Shown: positions 1-8,575, counted from the stretch's first letter. The stretch is DNA of 64,000 nt from Prevotella sp. (GCA_017483805.1 JAFUUL010000039.1:2300-66299), one strand, 5' to 3'. The notes: a model not told the origin generated them from the letters alone. A program made the numbers and translations.

Positions 1-1
1 G

Positions 2-1495
2 AATGAGATATTTGGCGAGGACTGTTTTGTCAGCAATATCATTTGGCAGAAAGTGTATTCACCTCGTAATGATAGCAAGGGTATCCCTGTTGCAACAGAC
101 CATATTGTTGCCTATAGCCGAAAACCCAATTGGAATCCGTTCAAATTGGAAAGAACGGAAGGCATGAATGCCAGATATGGGAATCCTGATAATGATGTTG
201 ATTATTGGACAAGTGATAATCCATTTGCCCCCAATGCGCTAACTCACCAGGGAATGGTTTATGCCATTCAGCATCCATTTTCTGGCGAGATGATATATCC
301 AGTAACATCAAACTGCTGGAGATATGAGCAGAAAGACATGCTTGACATTATGAACGGCTGGTCTGAGTACGAACTTCGCGACTTGAACGATGCAGAACAA
401 CGTGCCAAGGTTTGTGGAATCAGCGCAGACGAGGTTCGCGAAGGCGTTATGGGTATCGTTTTGAAACAGGATGTTGAAACGTCAAGACAAAAGGCACGGG
501 CGGTTTACGAAAGGGGACAATGGCCCAAATTCTTTTTTACGAATGGTGGCAAAGGAGGTATCCGTAAAAAAACTTATCTGGGCAATGTAGAAGGTAGGCT
601 CACTACTAATCTCTGGCCTTTTACAGAAGTTGATAGCACTGATGGCGCGAAAAAAGAACTGAAAGAAATCTTTGAAGGTGCTATCCCCTTTGACACCCCT
701 AAGCCCACCCGTCTGATAGATCGCATACTCGACATCGCGGTAGAACCTGGCGACATCGTGATGGACTGCTTCGGGGGTAGTGGCACAACGGCTCACTCAG
801 TATTGAAAGCAAACCAAAAGGACGGGGGCGACAGAAAGTTTATAGTCTTGGAGCAAGACGAAGAAATAGTCAAGACTACTCAGAAGAGAGTTCAGAAAGC
901 CATCAGCGGCTACAAGTTTACAGGCGCTAAAACAGAGCGTTTGTATGAGTTAAAACTGACGGCGCAAAGTCTGAAACGAATTGCTGACTCCTATGCTGAT
1001 GCCTTGAAAGTCTTTCAGGAGGCAAAAGCCTCAGGCGAATATATGGAGGTGAAACAGCCAACGGTGAAAGATTCTTATTTGATAGTAGAGGCAAAAAAGT
1101 ATTATGACGGGTATCGTGACGGTCTTGGAGGCAGTTTCGACATGATGGAACTTGGAGAACCACTATTCATAGAAGGAACACATTACCTGAATGAAGAAGT
1201 AGGGGAAACAGAGTTGCGCCGCTATGTTTATTATACTGAGACTCACCTGCCACTCACTCAGATGCGTTCTGAGGAATATCCCTATTGGCTTGATGACTTT
1301 CATGGCACTGGTTACTATTTCTATTATGAGCCAAACCAGATGACAACACTTTCAAGAGAAACGCTCTATATTCTGAAAGGTCGTATGGAGAATGGTATCG
1401 TGGTGTATGCGGACATCTGTGAGTTTGCAGAAGAAGAACTTCAGCAGATGGGTATCACTTTCCGTCAGATTCCCAGAGATATTCGTAAATTCTAA
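2..1495 (+). CDS. mod: Type III restriction-modification methyltransferase (Mod), 5' end outside window
   Basis: Frame is open from base 2 (NEIFGEDCFVSNIIWQKV). Contains FDTPKPTRLI and the SAM-binding motif DCFGGSGTT. Lies directly upstream of a Res-type helicase. Confidence 0.88.
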   Translation, partial: NEIFGEDCFVSNIIWQKVYSPRNDSKGIPVATDHIVAYSRKPNWNPFKLERTEGMNARYGNPDNDVDYWTSDNPFAPNALTHQGMVYAIQHPFSGEMIYPVTSNCWRYEQKDMLDIMNGWSEYELRDLNDAEQRAKVCGISADEVREGVMGIVLKQDVETSRQKARAVYERGQWPKFFFTNGGKGGIRKKTYLGNVEGRLTTNLWPFTEVDSTDGAKKELKEIFEGAIPFDTPKPTRLIDRILDIAVEPGDIVMDCFGGSGTTAHSVLKANQKDGGDRKFIVLEQDEEIVKTTQKRVQKAISGYKFTGAKTERLYELKLTAQSLKRIADSYADALKVFQEAKASGEYMEVKQPTVKDSYLIVEAKKYYDGYRDGLGGSFDMMELGEPLFIEGTHYLNEEVGETELRRYVYYTETHLPLTQMRSEEYPYWLDDFHGTGYYFYYEPNQMTTLSRETLYILKGRMENGIVVYADICEFAEEELQQMGITFRQIPRDIRKF

Positions 1496-1504
1496 AATTC
1501 CTTG

Positions 1505-4135
1505 ATGATGAGACAGATAAAACCAAAGAATTATCAGGAAGAGGTATTAGGCGACCTGAAGAACTATATGCACCAACTCAAAGAGTCGGATAATCTACGT
1601 AAGGCATTCCAGAATCATTGGCTTAGCAAGAATCTTGATCCTGACACGAAGCATGACAAGTGGATGCATCAATACAACAATCAGGCATCACCCGGCATTC
1701 CTAATGTTACGTTGAAAGTTCCAACCGCAGGTGGCAAGACCTATATAGCAGCATTATCGCTGCCTATCATCTTTGACTATCTGCCAGAAGAACAGCCCAA
1801 GGTGGTAGCATGGTTTGTGCCAAGTGATTCTATCAGGGAGCAAACGCTTCGCAATCTCCAGACTCCGGGACATCCTTATCATTCTGCCTTGCAAAAGATG
1901 GGAAGAACGGTAATGGTGGCAGACAAGGAACAGGCATTGATGGGTACTAACTTAACACCTGCTGAAGTTGAAGAGCAACTGACGGTGCTGGTTCTGTCAG
2001 CACAGAGTTTTGCCACTCGGAAGGGAGACGACCTTCGTTCATGGCGACAGAATCCTGCATTTGCCCAATGGGACAATCACTATCATTACTCTACTGAAGA
2101 GAGAATTGAGGGTGCTGATGAACTAAGCCTAATTCAGTGGCTTGCATGGCAGCATCCCGTTTGCGTTGTAGATGAAAGCCACAACTTTGGTTCTGACATG
2201 CGTACTGAAATGCTTCGAATGCTGAACCCGTCCATCATTCTGAATTTAACCGCCACACCTAAACCAGAGAGTAATATCATCAGCTTTGTGGATGCAGGAA
2301 AACTGAAGAAAGAGTCGATGGTAAAACTGCCAGTGGTTCTCTATAATATGGAGAGCACAGAAGATGTAATCATCAATGCGAAACGTCTGCAAGAAAGTTT
2401 GGAGAAACATGCCAAGCAATATAGTAAGCAGAGTGGATATTACATCAGGCCTATTGTCCTACTGCAAGTTGAGCCAAGAACTGGGAAGGAGGATGCTAAT
2501 TTCCAATTGGTGAAGCAGGCTCTGCTGAAGATAGGTATTCCAGAAGAGCAAGTCAAACTAAAACTGGCAGACCCTCATAATGAACTGAAAGGTGTTGACT
2601 TGATGGCGCCAGACTGCCCTGTGAGATATATCATAACGGTGAATGCCCTGAAGGAAGGTTGGGATTGTCCCTTTGCCTACATATTGGCAGCACTATCCAA
2701 TCGCACTTCTCCAATAGATGTTGAGCAGGTATTGGGCCGCATACTTCGTCAGCCCAATGCCACAAGAACCAAAGACCCGCTGCTGGATGAATGCTATGTG
2801 CTAACAGCAAAGCAGGATTTCTATGCAGCAGCAGAGGCAGTGATACAATCATTGGTTCACTCTGGATATAGCCGTCGTGATTATAGAGAGGCACAGCCCA
2901 ATCTTTATCAAGAAACGCCAATTGTTTCCAGCGAGCCATCGACGGGACCCATGCAGACAATTATTTGGGAGGAGCCAGGTGGTGAACTGAAACTGGACCT
3001 TGACAAGGTAGCAGAAAAAGTGAAGGAACTCTCTACAGATATCAATACGCTGGAGCAGAGAGCGATGGAAGTAAGCAAACAATATGAGGAAGAAATACAA
3101 CAGTTTCCTCAAAACGAGATAACGCCTATGGTTGATAATTATCCTATGCGGAAAGATGTGAGAGAGGTGGCCCAGTCCATCCGCATCCCTCTGTTCTCCA
3201 TCGAGAATCAGACCGTAAATGATTTCTGTCCTGAGCCTCACATCCTTTTGACGAAGGAGAAACTGAACAAAGACTTCAAACTGCTGAATGAGAACTATAA
3301 GGTAAAACTTATTGATTCGCAGTCAGGTGTGACAAGTATAGACCTCACGGATAGTGGCGATGGACAGTACACGCCCAAGCGTACACCAGTAAACAAGTCT
3401 GTGCTGAATAGTCTGCGCCAGACTTTTGCCGTATTCTCTGACGACATGAAACGCAAGGAGTTGACTAAAGTTATTGTAGATAATTTACACTATAACAGCA
3501 TTCCACATCAAGACCTGATAACCTACGTTTCCAGAGTGTTGGAGGAATATAATGGTGAGCAATTGTCTGACTTCTATATGGCTATTAAGAATACGGCCAA
3601 GGCATTTAAAGTTAAAATAGACGATGCACTTGAACTGCATCGACTGTCGAATCTTACAAAGTGGCTTGCTTCGCATTATGTTCAGATGAATTGCTATTAT
3701 GAGTTCCCACATAGTCAGAGTGTTGCTAAGCCGTGGCAAAGTGTAGACTGTTCTCTATATATCGCTGAAGAAAAGCCCAGCGATTTCGAAGAGAGAATCA
3801 TCAACAAGATAGCGCAGGAGGATAATGTACATTTCTGGCATCGTAACCCTGAGGGACGTAAGAATACACTCACACTGAATGGTTTTATTAATCATCAGCC
3901 TGATTTTGTAGTTGTTCTTAGAAGTGGTGACGTGATGCTTTTGGAAACCAAGGGCGAACCCTATCTCAACGAAGAAAGCAAGCGCAAAATGGAGTTAGGC
4001 GAATTATGGGAGAAATATGCCAACATGAATGGTGGAGGAAAGTTCCACTATTACATGGTGTTTGAAGAAGAGCACGATGATTATAAAAAGGCTCTAAGTG
4101 TGGCAGAAGTGATAGACCTGATTCGTCAGTTTTAA
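1505..4135 (+). CDS. res: Type III restriction subunit (Res): SF2 helicase plus C-terminal PD-(D/E)XK nuclease
   Basis: Walker A VPTAGGKT, VDESH, LTATP, LKEGWDCP, QVLGRILR; C-terminal QPDF...LLETKG. Confidence 0.88.
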   Translation: MMRQIKPKNYQEEVLGDLKNYMHQLKESDNLRKAFQNHWLSKNLDPDTKHDKWMHQYNNQASPGIPNVTLKVPTAGGKTYIAALSLPIIFDYLPEEQPKVVAWFVPSDSIREQTLRNLQTPGHPYHSALQKMGRTVMVADKEQALMGTNLTPAEVEEQLTVLVLSAQSFATRKGDDLRSWRQNPAFAQWDNHYHYSTEERIEGADELSLIQWLAWQHPVCVVDESHNFGSDMRTEMLRMLNPSIILNLTATPKPESNIISFVDAGKLKKESMVKLPVVLYNMESTEDVIINAKRLQESLEKHAKQYSKQSGYYIRPIVLLQVEPRTGKEDANFQLVKQALLKIGIPEEQVKLKLADPHNELKGVDLMAPDCPVRYIITVNALKEGWDCPFAYILAALSNRTSPIDVEQVLGRILRQPNATRTKDPLLDECYVLTAKQDFYAAAEAVIQSLVHSGYSRRDYREAQPNLYQETPIVSSEPSTGPMQTIIWEEPGGELKLDLDKVAEKVKELSTDINTLEQRAMEVSKQYEEEIQQFPQNEITPMVDNYPMRKDVREVAQSIRIPLFSIENQTVNDFCPEPHILLTKEKLNKDFKLLNENYKVKLIDSQSGVTSIDLTDSGDGQYTPKRTPVNKSVLNSLRQTFAVFSDDMKRKELTKVIVDNLHYNSIPHQDLITYVSRVLEEYNGEQLSDFYMAIKNTAKAFKVKIDDALELHRLSNLTKWLASHYVQMNCYYEFPHSQSVAKPWQSVDCSLYIAEEKPSDFEERIINKIAQEDNVHFWHRNPEGRKNTLTLNGFINHQPDFVVVLRSGDVMLLETKGEPYLNEESKRKMELGELWEKYANMNGGGKFHYYMVFEEEHDDYKKALSVAEVIDLIRQF

Positions 4136-4150
4136 ATAGAAAATCTGCCC

Positions 4151-4861
4151 ATGATCATTGCCAAAGTTCTTCATTACATGAACTCAGATGAAGCAGCAAA
4201 GCTGAACTGGAAGAGTATGACCCACGACTTCAACGAGGCTTCCATTGATGCGTTCATTGATATGCAAAACAATCGACAGGATAAGATATCCGTCTGCGAC
4301 TTGATTCTCAGGGGACTAAAGGATGATACTCAAAAGCATATCCATGAGCAAGACATAGAAAACAAATTGCTCTTCATTCGCAAGACCATCGAAAATGGTG
4401 TCTATTCCCCATATCGAGAGATAGAGAGGTTGGCCCAAGAGAATGACATCAAGGATCAGCAGATTTCAGAACTGCTGGCAGAACTGAATATTGCCAAAAT
4501 CGAGGGTGACGAACAGAAAGAGACCGACCTGATAACAAAAATCGTGGAGCACTCCGTCAAGTTGGGCATTGATGTCGCAAGAAACGTAGAACTGGTATTA
4601 GGAAGAATCTATAGGGGTACGACAAAGTTCTCCAAACATTTTAAATGGCTGGAGAACTACATCGCAAACACGGCTTCATCATCAGACATCCTAGCGGCGA
4701 TTGCTGAACTGAACGAGACATTGAAGCGGGGAGTGGAGGAAAATAACGCCAAATCAAAGATAGAAATCAAGGAAGTGGTGCTGCAAAAGCATGTGGGTAC
4801 GGAGATTCAGAATGTGGCGGCAGGTGGAACGGGTGTAAACAACGAAATAAAGAAAGACTGA
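4151..4861 (+). CDS. Hypothetical protein, helical, with C-terminal G/N/V-rich motif
   Basis: 236-aa ORF starting 15 nt after res; no family recognised; ends EVVLQKHVGTEIQNVAAGGTGVNNEIKKD. Confidence 0.75.
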   Translation: MIIAKVLHYMNSDEAAKLNWKSMTHDFNEASIDAFIDMQNNRQDKISVCDLILRGLKDDTQKHIHEQDIENKLLFIRKTIENGVYSPYREIERLAQENDIKDQQISELLAELNIAKIEGDEQKETDLITKIVEHSVKLGIDVARNVELVLGRIYRGTTKFSKHFKWLENYIANTASSSDILAAIAELNETLKRGVEENNAKSKIEIKEVVLQKHVGTEIQNVAAGGTGVNNEIKKD

Positions 4862-4862
4862 T

Positions 4863-5396
4863 ATGGATATAGACAGCATAAAAGAACTGGCAAAGACGGT
4901 AGTTGAAAATCTCAACCTGAAAGACTACAAGGGAGATATTGTGGCCCTGAAGGTGGTGGAGAACGAGTTCGGCAACATCGAGGCAGGCGGCATCGGCGTA
5001 CAGAATACTATCGCGAAGGGTATTCCGCTGACTGTTTCTGACAAAGACATCAAGGCGGCAATAGAAGCACTCCTGAAGGAAAAGGATGATATAGACAAAC
5101 TGCTGTTCAGGAACAAGAAGCAATGGTGGGCTGTTTATCGAGTGTTGTCAACCTTCTGTCAATACCCCAAACAGATGAACTCCTTCAAAACGAAGATTAC
5201 CAATATGGAAATTGACTATGGCGGTAATCCGAATGTTATGACATACGACTCGTTGGCTGCTGCCCCAAAAGATGTTCCGCTGATGGCTACCTGTTCGCCA
5301 TCGACGTGGGACACGCTGAAAGACAAGAGCGATAACTACAAACAACAATACGCTGTTGCAGAGTTTTTGATGCTGAAATTGGGTATCAAGTCTTAG
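4863..5396 (+). CDS. Hypothetical protein with N-terminal G/N/V-rich motif
   Basis: 177-aa ORF starting 1 nt after the previous stop; residues 25-50 are DIVALKVVENEFGNIEAGGIGVQNTI; followed by a terminator. Confidence 0.78.
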   Translation: MDIDSIKELAKTVVENLNLKDYKGDIVALKVVENEFGNIEAGGIGVQNTIAKGIPLTVSDKDIKAAIEALLKEKDDIDKLLFRNKKQWWAVYRVLSTFCQYPKQMNSFKTKITNMEIDYGGNPNVMTYDSLAAAPKDVPLMATCSPSTWDTLKDKSDNYKQQYAVAEFLMLKLGIKS

Positions 5397-5398
5397 CA

Positions 5399-5430
5399 GA
5401 ACTCCAATAAGAACTCCAAAACTCCAATAA
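5399..5430 (+). repeat. Three direct AACTCCAA repeats
   Basis: gaactccaataa gaactccaa aactccaataa, immediately after the stop codon. Confidence 0.7.
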
Positions 5431-5434
5431 CAAT

Positions 5435-5471
5435 TCCCAACTTGGAAACATTCCGGGTTGGGATTTTTTTT
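5435..5471 (+). terminator. Rho-independent terminator closing the mod-res-ORF-ORF operon
   Basis: Stem tcccaacttggaa / ttccgggttggga (two G-U pairs), 3-nt loop, followed by T8. Confidence 0.75.
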
Positions 5472-5476
5472 GTGCG

Positions 5477-5484
5477 TAAATTTG
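5477..5484 (+). promoter_or_regulatory. Bacteroidota -7 promoter box
   Basis: TAAATTTG matches TAnnTTTG, upstream of the ORF at 5549. Confidence 0.6.
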
Positions 5485-5548
5485 CATCGCAATCAGTCGG
5501 AAAACCAAATGACTGACAAACAAAAAAAACATTCAGAAATTTAAGGAC

Positions 5549-5953
5549 ATGAAACAGATTAAGATTTCTACCGGGAAACAGGTGACGCTGGAGGGTACGA
5601 TGACCTTCGGCATGTTGGAAACAGGGAAGCGCACGATGGACTTCATGTGCTGCGAGGATGCTGCGATGGAGCCGGTCAGGGGACACTTCCACGTGCAGGT
5701 GATGCGCGACGGCAACGTCTACATGCAGGAGCACAAGAAGCGCATCAGGAATAAGCCCATCTTCCGCGACGACAACTGTTCGCTGTCGCACGGACGGGAC
5801 GGCCGCTGGTACTTCTGCTTCTCGCTCGACGGGGAACAACTGCCGCTGTTGCCTCAGAAACTGCAGAAGCAGGCGGGCACGATCGCTCAGAAGGTGATGA
5901 GGGAACTGGTAGTGGCTGACGGCGACTGGCGGCCGTTCGGCGTGGAGTGGTAA
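5549..5953 (+). CDS. Hypothetical protein
   Basis: 134-aa ORF with GC3-rich codons, an AT-rich leader and a promoter box. Confidence 0.7.
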   Translation: MKQIKISTGKQVTLEGTMTFGMLETGKRTMDFMCCEDAAMEPVRGHFHVQVMRDGNVYMQEHKKRIRNKPIFRDDNCSLSHGRDGRWYFCFSLDGEQLPLLPQKLQKQAGTIAQKVMRELVVADGDWRPFGVEW

Positions 5954-5963
5954 AGGCACGGAG

Positions 5964-6127
5964 GCTGGGTGTTACAGTTACAGTTGTTACAATTAGAAAA
6001 TGAGGGGGTGGGCTACGCTTTATATACCTTATAACTAATTGATATATAGATAGTTATATATACGGCATGGGGGCGGATGCCCTCTCTGAAAAGCAACTGT
6101 AACAACTGTAACACTGTAACACCCGGC
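5964..6127. repeat. Long inverted repeat with iterated GTTACA hexamers around an AT-rich core (origin-like)
   Basis: Left arm gggtgttacagttacagttgttacaatt (5967-5994). Right arm aactgtaacaactgtaacactgtaacaccc (6095-6124). Inner inverted repeat tataacta/tagttata at 6030-6037 and 6051-6058. Confidence 0.8.
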
Positions 6128-6159
6128 GATTAACGATTCATCTAAAAAGCAGAAAATCA

Positions 6160-7470
6160 ATGAGATACGACATTTCTAAACCATCAGCCCCTAAGATGCC
6201 GACACTCGGCCGGGGCACAGAATGCATCAAAATCCTGCTCTCGCAGGTGTCGAAAGACAATCACGAAGCCTTCGTTCCGATGTTTTTCCCCGTACTTGGC
6301 GCGCACATCAGCGGTGCGGAATTTCAGTACCCGGACAACAGTTGGAAGGAACCGACGGGTATGATGGCCAATCTGGTGGCCAATAGTGGCGACAACAAGG
6401 GCCAACTGGCGCCTGTGGTGGAGGCCATCTGCCGCGATTTCCGACAGCACGACAGGGAGGAGGAGGGCAAGTACCAGGCGTGGCAGAAACTGGAGAAGTC
6501 GAAGGGCAGCAACCAGGTGAAACCCGTGGAGCCGCAGGTGGCCTACCGGTTTCCGCCGTCGGATACGACGCGTGCCGGATTCCTGAAGAATGCGATAGCC
6601 CTTGAGGCGCAGGGCGGGCTGACGCAGTACTTCAACCTGCCGGAGGTGGAGATGGCCGACCAGTTGTGCGGCAGCCACAAGCATGTGTCGCTCCTCCTGC
6701 GCAACGTCTACGACCGCGCCCGTGCGGGTGCCTTGCGCGCCACGAAGGACGGCATCACGGGCAACCCGCTGCTGCGGGCCTGCATCACCATCTCGTCGAA
6801 TCCGGAGTCTACGCGCAGGTTCTATAAGTACGAACTGACCAACGGCACGTTCGGCCGAATGGTCTTCTCCTACAAGCCTCGCGGAGGTCGCAGCGGCAGG
6901 ATCCCGAGGCAGGGCAGGTACACGGACGAGTTCTACAGCCGGCTGGACGAGTATCTGGCGCGCCTCGAACTCTGCAAGGGCCGCTACATCATCCGTCCTC
7001 TGAACCGGCTGATAGACAGTCTGGCGCAGGACATGGCGACGCTGGCCGACCTGACGGACGACGACGTGCTCTTCGAGATGTCGCACCGCTCGCTGGTGTC
7101 GGGATGGAAGGCTGGCTGCGTGATGTGGGCGCTCAACGGGCAGACGTGGACCAAGTCGATGGCCGACGTGGTGGAGTGGCTGGTCTACCGCGACATGTGG
7201 AGCAAGATGCAACTCTTTGCCGACATGCTGGGCAAGGACACTGACCTGCTGAGCGACGTGCAGCGTCGTGGCCCGAAGAATATGCTCGACGAACTGCCTG
7301 ACAACTTCTCGCAACAGCAGTTGGAGGCCCTGCGCACGAGCATCGGCAAGAGTGCCGAGGGCACTGGCGTTCAACTGCGTCAATGGCTGTTCCGCAAGTT
7401 CGTCACTTACTCCTGCCAGACGGGGCTCTATCAGAAGACGGAAGAGTACCTGAGGGGAGTTAAGAATTAA
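6160..7470 (+). CDS. DUF3987-like P-loop-derived protein of Bacteroidales mobile elements
   Basis: 436 aa; degenerate Walker A-like VANSGDNKG; NGTFGRM segment; adjacent to a primase. Family is assigned by resemblance only. Confidence 0.5.
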   Translation: MRYDISKPSAPKMPTLGRGTECIKILLSQVSKDNHEAFVPMFFPVLGAHISGAEFQYPDNSWKEPTGMMANLVANSGDNKGQLAPVVEAICRDFRQHDREEEGKYQAWQKLEKSKGSNQVKPVEPQVAYRFPPSDTTRAGFLKNAIALEAQGGLTQYFNLPEVEMADQLCGSHKHVSLLLRNVYDRARAGALRATKDGITGNPLLRACITISSNPESTRRFYKYELTNGTFGRMVFSYKPRGGRSGRIPRQGRYTDEFYSRLDEYLARLELCKGRYIIRPLNRLIDSLAQDMATLADLTDDDVLFEMSHRSLVSGWKAGCVMWALNGQTWTKSMADVVEWLVYRDMWSKMQLFADMLGKDTDLLSDVQRRGPKNMLDELPDNFSQQQLEALRTSIGKSAEGTGVQLRQWLFRKFVTYSCQTGLYQKTEEYLRGVKN

Positions 7471-7620
7471 GAATTAAGAATTAAGAGTTAAGAGTTGTTG
7501 CCTGCGGCAATTATCAATTATGAATTAAGAATTAAGAGTTAAGAATTAAGAGTTAAGAATTAAGAATTAAGAGTTGTTGCCTGCGGCAATTATCAATTAT
7601 GAATTAAGAGTTAAGAGTTA
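7457..7620. repeat. Heptamer array GA(A/G)TTAA interrupted twice by a 25-bp core
   Basis: 5+7+2 full heptamers plus partial units; core gttgcctgcggcaattatcaattat at 7497-7521 and 7576-7600. Confidence 0.92.
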
Positions 7621-8540
7621 TGGACAGACTCGAACTGCAAAGGCTTCGCGACCTCCCGATAGAGGGGGTCGCGGAGCGACTCGGACTGCGCGTGGTGCGC
7701 CACAAGACGCTGTGCCCCTTCCACGACGACCACCACGCCTCGCTATCGTTTAAGAACAACAGGTGGAGGTGCTGGAGTTGCGGCGAGGGGGGCGACGCGA
7801 TATCGCTGGTGATGAAGTATCTGCACAAGGACTTCCGCGAGGCGTGCAGGTGGCTGAATGACTCTCCCCTGACCCCTCCCTGTGAGGGAGGGGAATGGTC
7901 ACTACACCAACAACTATCTACTCCCTCCCCTCACAGGGGAGGGCAAGGGGTGGAGTCTTTTGCCCGCTTCTTCGAGCATCCGTGGCTAAGCGACGAGGCG
8001 CGGCGGTTTCTCTTCGACGAGCGGCGCATCGACCCGAGGGTCGTGGCCTGGTGTAGGCTCTCTTCGTGGAAGGACTGGCGGGGCGTGCCCTGGCTGCAGA
8101 CGCCCTACTTCGACCGCGAGGGGCGGCTGGTGGGCCTGCAGAACCGCAATCTGGTCCGTGGCGGCCTGCCGCGGTTTCGCTTTCCGCAGGGGGCTGAGTG
8201 CGGCATCTACAACCTGCCGGTGCTCAATCTGCTACGGCCCGGCGAGGCGCTCTACGTCGCCGAGGGCTGCAGCGACTGCTGGAGCCTGCTCTCCGCGGGC
8301 CATAAGGCCATAGCCATCCCCTCGGCCACGCTGCTCAGCCGGAAGGACGTAGGTGTGCTGGAAGGCCTGAGCCAGACGCTCGGCACGCAGTTTCACATGT
8401 ACCCCGACGCCGATGCTCCCGGCGAGCGGCTCTTCCTGCAGTTGCGTCAGGTGCTGCCCTCGCTCTGCCGCCACCCCCTGCCTCCCGGCTGCAAGGACTA
8501 CAGCGACCTCTACCTCCGGACGCACCAAACTCCCGGTTAG
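7620..8540 (+). CDS. CHC2 zinc finger / TOPRIM DNA primase-like protein
   Basis: CPFHDD...WRCWSCG zinc finger; TOPRIM motifs VAEGCSD, YPDAD and KDYSD. Confidence 0.85.
   Translation: MDRLELQRLRDLPIEGVAERLGLRVVRHKTLCPFHDDHHASLSFKNNRWRCWSCGEGGDAISLVMKYLHKDFREACRWLNDSPLTPPCEGGEWSLHQQLSTPSPHRGGQGVESFARFFEHPWLSDEARRFLFDERRIDPRVVAWCRLSSWKDWRGVPWLQTPYFDREGRLVGLQNRNLVRGGLPRFRFPQGAECGIYNLPVLNLLRPGEALYVAEGCSDCWSLLSAGHKAIAIPSATLLSRKDVGVLEGLSQTLGTQFHMYPDADAPGERLFLQLRQVLPSLCRHPLPPGCKDYSDLYLRTHQTPG
7860..7957. repeat. REP/REPIN-like double-hairpin element inserted in frame in the primase linker
   Basis: Hairpins cccctccc-tgtga-gggagggg and ccctcccc-tcaca-ggggaggg in inverted orientation; ends gactc...gagtc. 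Confidence 0.8.
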
Positions 8541-8575
8541 GACGGAGCAAACCCCCGGTTTGGACGGAGCAAACC
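8518..8575. repeat. 22-bp tandem repeat, about 2.6 copies
   Basis: ggacgcaccaaactcccggtta / ggacggagcaaacccccggttt / ggacggagcaaacc. Confidence 0.75.

Larger units (their letters stand above)
1..8540. mobile_element. Right part of an accessory island (RM cargo plus replication-like module); left end outside window
   Basis: Defence and primase genes, a compositional contrast with the flanks, and an abrupt return to housekeeping at fabD. No integrase or att site is visible. Confidence 0.55.

Noticed and set aside
2-1495. Phase-variable mod (phasevarion)
   Set aside because: No convincing simple-sequence repeat tract in the visible part; the 5' end is outside the window, so this cannot be judged.
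7457-7620. Possible CRISPR array
   Set aside because: The intervening sequences are the same heptamer or an identical core, not unique spacers, and no cas genes are present.
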